From: Octopus sinensis
Lineage: Eukaryota
Length of the DNA stretch: 10,972 bases
Direction of reading: 5' to 3'
Assembly (NCBI RefSeq): GCF_006345805.1
Contig: NW_021827201.1
Span: 1-10,972 of the forward strand
Within the stretch, counting starts at the first letter, position 1. Each line of letters starts with the position of its first letter. The notes under the pieces were generated by a model, which searched no databases, was not told the DNA's origin, and saw only the letters and a program-made list of their open reading frames with translations. A program made the position numbers and the translations under genes. This document shows, one piece after another, positions 1 through 7,683 of this stretch.

Positions 1-119
1 CCATAAGCAGTCCATATTGCTCCTTTTACGCTTATTAGCCTCTCTTTATCAATCTATCTTCCTCGGTTTTCTGTTTCATTCTGATAACTTTTATTTCTTA
101 CATTCTGCACATCATATAT

Positions 120-513
120 GTGGAGGCGCAATGGCCCAGTGGTTAGGGCAGCGGACTCGCGGTCGTAGGATCGCGGTTTCAATTCCCAGACCGGGCATTG
201 TGAGTGTTTGTTGAGCAAAAACACCTAAAGCTTCACGAGGCTCCTGCAGGGGGTGGTGGTGAACCCTGCTGTACTCTTTCACCACAATTTTCTCTCACTC
301 TTTCTTCCTGTTTCTGTTGTACCTGTATTTCAAAGGGCCAGACTTGTCACACTCTCTGTCACGCTGAATCTCCTCGAGAACTACGTTAAAGGGTACACGT
401 GTTTGTGGAGTGCTCAGCCACTTGCACGTTAATTCCACGAGCAAGCTGTTCCGTTGATCGCATCAGCTGGGACCCTCATCGTCGTAACCGACAGAGTGCT
501 CCTACTACTACTG
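120..513 (+). mobile_element. Full-length tRNA-derived SINE (family B here), octopus-type, with short (CTA)n tail
   Basis: Pol III A box TGGCCCAGTGG at 132-142 and B-box-like GGTTTCAATTCCC at 175-187 in a tRNA-like head. The 3' end reads ...gtcgtaaccgacagagtgctc followed by (cta)3 at 502-512. A 10-bp TSD CATCATATAT lies at 110-119 and 514-523. The sequence resembles an abundant Octopus SINE from memory; not database-checked. Confidence 0.88.
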
Positions 514-564
514 CATCATATATTCTCGTGAAAGTCGAGAATTTGAGAGAAACAGGAGAACAGC

Positions 565-675
565 GGGCAGAAGGACTGGCGCTAATATCTCCTCATCTCT
601 TCGTTTTGTGTTCGAATCCTGGCTGGGTGAGTTTTGCCTTTCCATCTTTCGTAGTACAGAAATAGAAGACCAGTC
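565..675 (+). mobile_element. Old, diverged relic of SINE family A
   Basis: Perfect B box GTTCGAATCC at 610-619, followed by ...gagttttgcctttccatctttcgtagtacagaaatagaagaccagt. This aligns loosely with the family A core (gactttgcctttcatcctttcggggtcgataaattaagtaccagt) seen at 1096-1330 and 7799-8034. Confidence 0.5.
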
Positions 676-734
676 CACAGAAGGCACCAGTACGTTTCTA
701 TTTGGTAGGTTCTTCACACAGGCAGTCAATACAA

Positions 735-787
735 GGGGAGATAAATAGGTGGATTTAGACGGTTGACTTTGAAATGTATATGTATAT

Positions 788-830
<43 letters not shown>

Positions 831-832
831 TA

Positions 833-863
<31 letters not shown>

Positions 864-1036
864 GTGTGTGTATGTATATATATATATAATATATATACAT
901 ACCACACACACTCACATATATAATATGTATATATTTACGCATACATATATTTACGCATATATGTATATTTACGCATACATATATATCTATATATATATAT
1001 ATTTACGCATACATAAATCCACCTATTTATCTTCCC
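735..1036. repeat. 23-bp inverted repeats (735-757 and 1014-1036) enclosing a compound TA/TG/CA microsatellite
   Basis: GGGGAGATAAATAGGTGGATTTA (735-757) matches the reverse complement of 1014-1036 (GGGAAGATAAATAGGTGGATTTA) at 22/23 positions. The interior 775-1013 is (TA)n, (TATG)n, (TG)n and (CA)n, plus four copies of ATATTTACGCATA at 931, 947, 965 and 999. Confidence 0.85.
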
Positions 1037-1095
1037 TGTCTGTCTATAAAACTTTTTGGGGTTATTCTTGAAAATGTTGTCCTTGAAGAATCTAT

Positions 1096-1330
1096 CTGTT
1101 TATTTATTATCCACAAGGGGCTAAACATAGAGGGGGCCAAACAAGGACAGACAAACGCATTACGTCGATTACATCAGCCCCAGTGCGTAACTAGTACTTA
1201 ATTTATCGACCCCGAAAGGATGAAAGGCAAAGTCGACCTCGGCGGAATTTGAACGCAGAACGTAACGGCAGACGAAATACGGCTACGCATTTCGCCCGGC
1301 GGTCTAACGGTTCTGCCAGCTCGCCGCCTT
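1096..1330 (-). mobile_element. Full-length tRNA-derived SINE (family A), copy 1
   Basis: The minus strand starts aaggcggcgagctggcagaaccg, with A box at 1308-1318 and B box GTTCAAATTCC at 1244-1254. The direct repeat CCTTGAAGAATCTAT at 1081-1095 and 1327-1341 is a 13-15 bp TSD overlapping the 5' end. About 90% identical by eye to the copy at 7799-8034. Confidence 0.92.
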
Positions 1331-1374
1331 GAAGAATCTATTGCGCTTTTCATACCTTGCTCTGCACGCAGCTC

Positions 1375-1411
1375 ATTATTCTTATTCTTATTCGTATTAT
1401 TACTATTATTA

Positions 1412-1455
<44 letters not shown>

Positions 1456-1500
1456 TTTTATTATATTATTATTATTATTATATTATTATTATTATTATTT
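1375..1500. repeat. (ATT)n / (TAT)n trinucleotide microsatellite
   Basis: About 40 imperfect ATT units. They are the source of the poly-Tyr and poly-Ile pseudo-ORFs. Confidence 0.97.
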
Positions 1501-1632
1501 CATATACACACACACACACACACACCCACACAGACACACACATACACACACACACACACACACATGTATATGTTTGTATGTGTGTCGGCTTGTTTGCATA
1601 CACATATATGCGCGTGTCTATGCGTGTGTGTA
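1501..1632. repeat. (CA)n followed by degenerate (TG)n microsatellite
   Basis: Direct reading: CA run at 1505-1563, then a TG/TATG-rich tract to about 1632. Confidence 0.93.
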
Positions 1633-2094
1633 TGCATTTTGTACGTTGTGGTAACACAGGCTGAATTTGCAAACTTCAACCTTTAAGAACTTGCCAAATA
1701 AACTTTATTTGGACAATTCTAAACTCTTTCTTTGTCTTTCTCCTTTTCTATGGAAACACACGCACCTATATACACTTGGTCACAGAGTCATTATATATAT
1801 AAATAAATAAGGAGACAAAGAAAGATAAGAAGAGAGTGAAGGAACAGATGGAAAGCGATAGGTACCTTTTTTTATATTTAGTTTCATGTCTATCATCTGA
1901 AATATCAAAGAATTGTTCAGTACAGTAGAAGGTATTGTTTCTGGAGGCATCGTGATCTACCGAGACTATCCAAAAGCAGTGTCTGTCCCTTTGATGTAAT
2001 AAACCGTAGAAATAGTTGCAGAGGATATATTTGGACTCAGAAGTAGAAAAAGATACGTATTGAAAATTTAATGAAAAGACTTGTAAATACTTAC

Positions 2095-2206
2095 ATTCCC
2101 TGAGAGCGATTTGACAGACAGGATGTTAAGTAATGCAAATTATAACGTCTGGCGTTTCTTACATCAGAACTGGCAGCGACTGGTGTTTACCAAGCGCCGT
2201 CATCTG
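2095..2206 (-). other. Putative non-coding internal exon (112 nt, or 109 nt with the NAGNAG acceptor)
   Basis: On the minus strand the acceptor is ...atttttatttcctttctttttttCAG|CAG|atg (AG at 2208-2207) and the donor is aat|GTAAGT (GT at 2094-2093). All three frames contain stops. An alternative internal donor gat|GTAAGA lies at about 2162. Confidence 0.45.
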
Positions 2207-2340
2207 CTGAAAAAAAGAAAGGAAATAAAAATAGTTAAGTAGGTGTTGTCAAAATTAAAATTACATTTATGACAAAAAAATGTAAGAACTTAGTTATCTT
2301 TCGGTAAAAAAAAAAAAAACGTAACTGGGAAATAACTTAC
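2207..2340 (-). other. Putative 134-nt GT-AG intron
   Basis: Perfect donor CAG|GTAAGT (GT at 2340-2339) followed by a T14 tract. Branch-like CTTAAC about 28 nt before the 3' end, a ~25-nt polypyrimidine tract, and a terminal CAG. Confidence 0.5.
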
Positions 2341-2989
2341 CTGTTACATTTGCATTAATTAACAATAATTTTCATCAATTAGCATTAATTACTAATTGAA
2401 TATAGTGATGCAGTGTTGAAAGAAATAAGAATCTTGGTGCCAGTGGAAACAACTGCGATTATATTTCAGCCATGTTCCTCTTCTTCGGCAACGCAGTGTC
2501 TAATGATACGGTTAACGAATGATGGAAACTAGATCAAATAGTACAAGGAATGTCTCGCATTGTTGCTGCAATTATCGATGTTTTGATTGGTGCTGTTATT
2601 GTACCCGTTTGACCGCAATTATTTAATTTGACAAATCATTTATCAGATGAAATCCAGAAATGACAGTCCTAGTATTTGTGAATATCTACTGCCATCTCTT
2701 GTAGTTAGAACATCCAGCCGACACCAAAACGTCTCTCTTGAGAAATCTAGGTGATTATTGTTTAAGGTTTTCTATCTTTTTTGTCAAAGATACTGCATAT
2801 ACGAAGTCTGATCAATAAGTATCGGAACTGTTGACATAGTAACGAAGAATGTAGAGTAAAGCTACCAAGCACAGATTGCCCTTTAACACAGCTGTGCATG
2901 TGCATTAACTTTTACCGTTCTAACCCACTTTCGTTGTTTACAGCAGTGCTTGGAAGAAAGGTGTGTGGTGCGTGACCGACGCATTGACC

Positions 2990-3411
2990 ATGACAGAAAA
3001 AACTATCATAACGTTACCTCCTGAGAGACATACGAAACGTTGCAAAAAGTGTATGGAGAGGAGTGTACGAACCTCACAAACATGTACGTGTGGTTCAGAT
3101 GTTTCCAACATAGACGAAATAATGTCGAAATTCACGAAGGTTCAGGAGACCCGCAAGTAGCAGAACCTCAGAAAAACATCGCAGATGTGCGTACAGCTGT
3201 GGCGGGAGATCGTCGAATCACTGTCCGTGAGTCATCAGAGGATGTGCAGATTAGTTACGGTTCAGTTCGGTCCATTATCACTGAAGATTATGGTATGAGA
3301 CACGTGTCTGCCAACTTTGTGCTAAAAGTGCTTTTAGTTGACCAAAACAACATTCGGGTTTCAGTTACACAAGATCTCCTTGATTGTGCCGCGAACGATG
3401 AAAATTTTTAG
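2990..3411 (+). pseudogene. Mariner transposase N-terminal remnant (bipartite HTH DNA-binding region), frameshifted, lacking the catalytic domain
   Basis: ATG at 2990 (MTEK), then a deletion and frameshift, then ETYETLQKVYGEEC...VWFRCF...SGDP...DRRITVRE..EDVQISYGSVRSIITEDYGMRHVSANFVLKVL...DENF*. This matches the mariner pattern W(F/Y)xxF, SGRP, DRRxTxRE, IS.GSV..I, and the WVPxxL-type linker. The stop comes just before the expected TGDETW. Confidence 0.9.
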
Positions 3412-3414
3412 AAA

Positions 3415-3495
3415 ACTTTGCATATGCCTCTAAGGAGGTATCGCCAAGCTTTTGACAAAATTTGATGCAGATTCTCTGCCGAAATTCACTGGCAT
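3415..3495 (-). pseudogene. Antisense second copy of the transposase 5' end inside the right arm
   Basis: Minus-strand ATG at 3495-3493. Positions 3478 downward read QRICIKFCQKLGDTSLEAYAK, the typical mariner N-terminal helix that is deleted from the sense copy at about 3010. Confidence 0.82.
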
Positions 3496-3939
3496 GTTCA
3501 ATGCGACGATCACACGCTATACATCTTCCTTCCAAGAAGTGAGAACGTTAAAACTTAGTACGCCTGTACAGCAGTGTTCAAGGTCATTCTGTACCAAGCG
3601 GCTTTTGTCTGTGTGTCTTAGCTTCGCTACTATGGTAACAGTCCTAATACTTATTTATCAGAGCACGTACGAGGGAGAGGGATAATTGGCTGCTAATTCC
3701 ATGTCAAATATGTAGAGCGGTCATATGGAACGTCTCCCATTGACTCACAATGCGGAAGTTAATTACGAACGATGACTTATTTCATTCAGTTCAGCCCTGA
3801 TGAATGTCCTATCAATCATGATTACGCCATCTTAAATCCGATATGATGTTTTCGACAATATTATGGAATGCGATATCTATATTTGTCAATAATCTATCAG
3901 ATCGATGAATAAATGCAATTTAGCTGTGACCGTCCATAT

Positions 3940-4034
3940 CATATATGTTCATATATATATATTATATATATAATATATATATTATATATATATATAATAT
4001 ATATACATATATATATAATAATATATAATGTATA

Positions 4035-4072
<38 letters not shown>
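3940..4072. repeat. (TA)n + (TG)n compound microsatellite
   Basis: Direct reading. Confidence 0.96.
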
Positions 4073-4186
4073 ATAGGTGAGAAGTTGGTGTGTGAAAGCG
4101 TGTGTTTGTGGGGGGGTGTGTGGATGTATAAAAAATAAAAAGAGTGAAAAAACTAGCATTCTGTAGTTTTTTCACTCTTTTATTTT

Positions 4187-4365
4187 TATATATGTATATA
4201 TATATATATATATTATATATATATATATATTATATATATGTATATGTTTGTGTGTGTGTGTATATATATATATATCTACATATATAATATATATATATAT
4301 ATGTATATACATAATATATATATATATATATATATATCTATATCTATTATCATACATATACACCA
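4187..4365. repeat. (TA)n/(TG)n/(CA)n compound microsatellite
   Basis: Direct reading. Confidence 0.95.
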
Positions 4366-5187
4366 CATATTGTGACCACATGTAATCGTTGGCGATTATT
4401 TTCCTTCGTCATCCTTTTCTCTGTCTGTTGTTCTGAAGGGGAGGCCACCTTTCTTTCCTTCTCTGAGCGTCTGCTAATAATTTGCATGCACCACGTCCTA
4501 ACGTTGTTTCTTTTTTTTTTTTCTGAGGTCGAGAGATAGAAAATGGAAGAGCATTTAGTGCTGAAGCGATGAGCCATGAATCAAGTAGGAGTCAAACTCT
4601 TGTGGTGGTCTACGCATAGGGTAAACACACACGCACACAGATACACACACTTGATGGTTCTGTTAAAGGTAGGTTTTGTTATTAGTATAACATTTCGCCG
4701 ACCTCTCAGATATGAAAGCTTAATATGTCTACGGCAGGTTTGAAAATTTAGAAAGCAAAATGGCGTGACAGATTATGCAGAATATATTTTCCAGTACTCT
4801 GTAAGTTATCTCTTAAATAAATACATGGGTTTATCATTGCCGTTGTGCTTCAGGGCCACTGCAAGCGTCATCGCTAAAATGCCAACGTTAAACTGACAAG
4901 GCTAATTGGATTTCTCACATAGGAACCATATTGACGTACTGGAGTGGTTCACGTCACGAGGTTATATCTTCAAAACGACATTAATTAGCGTAGGGAATGG
5001 CTCCAGTTTCAAGTTGGCTAGTCAGAAATAACAAACAAGTATATCTCATACACTCTACGTTGGATGAGGTATTCCTACGTAAGCGTGAAACGTACGCATA
5101 AAAATGATGGTGTCAAATTTTTCTCACAAGTTCAAAAAGTTTGTGGGAGGGCATAAGTGGATTGCATAGAACGCAGTGCTCCTAACG

Positions 5188-5220
5188 GTCAACCTCGGTG
5201 GAGATTGAATTCAGCGTGTA
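5188..5220 (-). mobile_element. Short old fragment of SINE family A (B-box region)
   Basis: gtcaacctcggtggagattgaattcagcgtgta versus family A gtcgacctcggcggaatttgaactcagaacgta: 25/33 identical, with CpG-type changes. Confidence 0.45.
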
Positions 5221-5396
5221 TTTCACATAATTCAAGCAATCAACGAGGCTAGATATAGTAATGAAAAGCAACAAAAAAGGACGAAAACAAGAAAACGAAA
5301 AAAAGAAAAACAGCAACAACAAAACTACAACAACTGTCCAAAAATTACAATGTTAGTTTTGGAGGCTCTCGTTTGTGAGTCAATATCCATCTCAAC

Positions 5397-5727
5397 GATA
5401 TATATTATATATATATATATTATATATATATATATATATAACTTGCTTAGAGAAGAAGAAACGATACGAAACGAATCGAATCGAATCGACGCGAGGGCGC
5501 TCAGTCATACAATAGTGTAATAAATAAAATATATGCATACATGCATACATATATGTACGTACCTACATCTACATGTATATATACATGCATATATAAATAT
5601 ATATATACGTGAGTACAGGACACCACAAATAGACGTAGAATTCAACGAGAAACGAAAACGTAAAAACAAGCATGGAACGGACCTTTTTTTTAACAACGAA
5701 AAAACATATATATATATATATATATAA
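5397..5727. repeat. Several (TA)n / (TACA)n tracts (5397-5440, 5525-5610, 5705-5727)
   Basis: Direct reading. Confidence 0.9.
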
Positions 5728-5780
5728 AGATATTTTACAAAAAATGTTTGAATACTGCTTCAGTTTACTGTCAAAGTTTT

Positions 5781-5830
5781 TGATATGCAATTTGAAATTG
5801 TTATGCAATTTGATATGCAATTTGAAATTG
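5781..5830 (+). repeat. Short direct duplication, with TATGCAATTTGA present three times
   Basis: TGATATGCAATTTGAAATTG is exact at 5781-5800 and 5811-5830. The 12-mer occurs at 5784, 5802 and 5814. Confidence 0.9.
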
Positions 5831-6235
5831 AAGTGTTAATTTATATATTACGACGTCACGTATGACATTTGCAGTGAGGTATATGGTAAAATTCGACAGA
5901 GGCTCATTTTGCGCTGTCTTTATATTTTGCCAATCTTTATTTTTTCTGAGAAAGCTGAAACAGCTATTTCTTTATTCGAAATTATTTTGCACTTTATGAA
6001 GTATTTTTAAATCGTTTCTTGCTAATTTCGTTTCGAGATGTATAAGTCAGAAATTGGTACAGTTTTGAAATATGAATTCTTACTTGGAAATACAGCATCA
6101 CAGAGAGCTCGGAATATTGGTGAAGTATATCATTCTAATGTTAATACAAAGCAGACAGTATCAAATTGATTTCCAAAATTTTCTTCTGGTAACGTTGACC
6201 TCACAAATGAGCAACGCGGTCGATAAGAAACAAAC

Positions 6236-6453
6236 GTGGATAGTGACGAACAGAAAGCCAGCTTCGAATCAGAGCCATCTCAAGGTTCTCGTGAATTATC
6301 GCTGTTGTTTGGTGGTAGCAAGCCTAGATTGGTCAACAGATCCACTTCTATTTTATTGCAACACAACGCAAGACCACATGTCAGAAGACGTTGGCGAAAC
6401 CACACGAATTGCAATTGGACGTTCTCCATCATCCAGCATACTCACCTGAACTT
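6236..6453 (+). pseudogene. Relic of a mariner transposase catalytic domain (Hsmar1/cecropia-like wording)
   Basis: Frame 2 reads KPRLVNRSTSILLQHNARPHV (HNARPH at 6362-6379; compare LVNRKGPILLHDNARPHV). Frame 1 reads VVWW* at 6304-6318 (compare VTVWW) and ELQLDVLHHPAYSPEL ending at 6453 (compare LPHPPYSPDL). It is frameshifted and internally deleted, with no TIRs visible. Confidence 0.85.
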
Positions 6454-6454
6454 A

Positions 6455-6504
6455 TATGTATATAGATATATATATATTATACATTACACACACACACAAC
6501 ACAC

Positions 6505-6556
<52 letters not shown>

Positions 6557-6600
6557 AAACATAAATGCTTGTGTATCTAGTATAGTTTACCACAAAACAT

Positions 6601-6631
<31 letters not shown>

Positions 6632-6850
6632 CATATATAATATATATATATATATCATTTGTTGCGTTGCTATCAGTTCTTTTAAATTTCGATATCTTCA
6701 AAATTTTAACGTTGTCTATCGTACATTTAAACACAGACACACACACACACACACACACACATACAGACAAACATACACAGACATACATGCACACACAGCC
6801 CCCACACGCACACACATGCTCCCACGCATATATACACACACCTAAATCAC
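6455..6850. repeat. Compound (TA)n/(CA)n microsatellites
   Basis: TA tracts at about 6455-6555 and 6600-6655; CA-rich tract at about 6730-6850. Confidence 0.94.
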
Positions 6851-6974
6851 ACACGTATTCCTCTAGTCTCCTTCCTTTTATCAATAACAAGCGGACTGAC
6901 ACGGGCCCCATTAATATCACTTACCCACTTCTCTCTCTCCCTTCCCTATATATATAAATGTATAGGTCCATGCT

Positions 6975-7151
6975 TATATACATACATAGACATACACCAC
7001 ACACACACACACAACACACACACAATATATAATATATATAAACATACATATATATATATATATAACATATATATTATATGCACAATATATGTATATATAT
7101 ATATTAAATATATATATATATGTAATATATATATATGTATATATATATGTA

Positions 7152-7190
<39 letters not shown>

Positions 7191-7195
7191 TGTAT

Positions 7196-7231
<36 letters not shown>

Positions 7232-7250
7232 ATATAATATATTATATATC
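6975..7250. repeat. (CA)n then long imperfect (TA)n microsatellite
   Basis: Direct reading. Confidence 0.96.
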
Positions 7251-7683
7251 AGCCTTCTCTTCACATTACATGACTTGAGAGATATTGGAATGACTTCTGG
7301 TTTGATCTCCGATCGCCTAGTTAGTTCGATTGATGTATTGGAACGTCACGACGATCATTTGTTGTCCAACGCCTTCGACAAGCTCAACCTACGAATCAAT
7401 CACATCAGTTGGCATTCATTGACACCAACTGAACTATGAACCCGAAGTTTCGGCACGCCACTAATGCTAAACATGATGATTATTTTGATGATTATCAGGA
7501 ATTAGTCGAAGACCGATAATACTTTATTAGTTGTGGCATCTCATCTCATATGAACTTACGCTGGTTTAACAAATAAATGTACGAATTATTATTGCCATGA
7601 ATTTCATGGTGTATATGAAGCGTATTTACTAAATGATTAACTATGAAACGGTTCTAACATTCTATTCGTTATATTGTTATTTA

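Larger units (their letters stand above)
2802..3667 (+). mobile_element. Non-autonomous Tc1/mariner element (866 bp) with TA TSDs and ~250-bp inverted arms
   Basis: TA at 2800-2801 and 3668-3669. The ends 2800-2847 and the reverse complement of 3622-3669 match at 38/48. Inverted homology continues inward (further blocks of about 40/51 and 38/48) to about 3045 and 3415. The interior encodes a mariner transposase N-terminus. Confidence 0.9.

Noticed and set aside
122-195. tRNA gene
   Set aside because: A and B boxes are present, but the sequence continues into a ~320-bp SINE body with a tail and TSD. There is no clean cloverleaf or poly-T terminator.
508-1686. Long ORFs rich in Y/I/H/T/C/V (508-942, 763-1071, 1329-1664, 1357-1686 and others)
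   Set aside because: These are translations of (TA)n, (CA)n and (ATT)n repeats, which lack stops by construction. The same applies to the ORFs at 3939-4577, 5505-5820, 6456-7264 and 8232-9088.
3452-3685. ORF MTKFDADSLPKF... as a transposase C-terminus
   Set aside because: It is the antisense reading of the inverted left-end copy, not a real C-terminal domain.
3668-3690. TACGAGGG immediately after the element, as the start of a second mariner TIR
   Set aside because: Only 8 bp resemble a mariner end, with no partner repeat or transposase sequence following.
2990-6453. A single large mariner made of the N-terminal (2990-3411) and catalytic (6236-6453) pieces
   Set aside because: The first piece is enclosed by its own inverted ends and TA duplication, 2.8 kb of unrelated DNA intervenes, and the second piece is more decayed.
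6919-6930. Minus-strand donor GG|GTAAGT at 6924
   Set aside because: It is an isolated signal; the upstream sequence is GA/TA low-complexity with no acceptor.
7406-7433. Hairpin TCAGTTGG...CCAACTGA as a pre-miRNA
   Set aside because: The stem is only 8 bp and does not extend.
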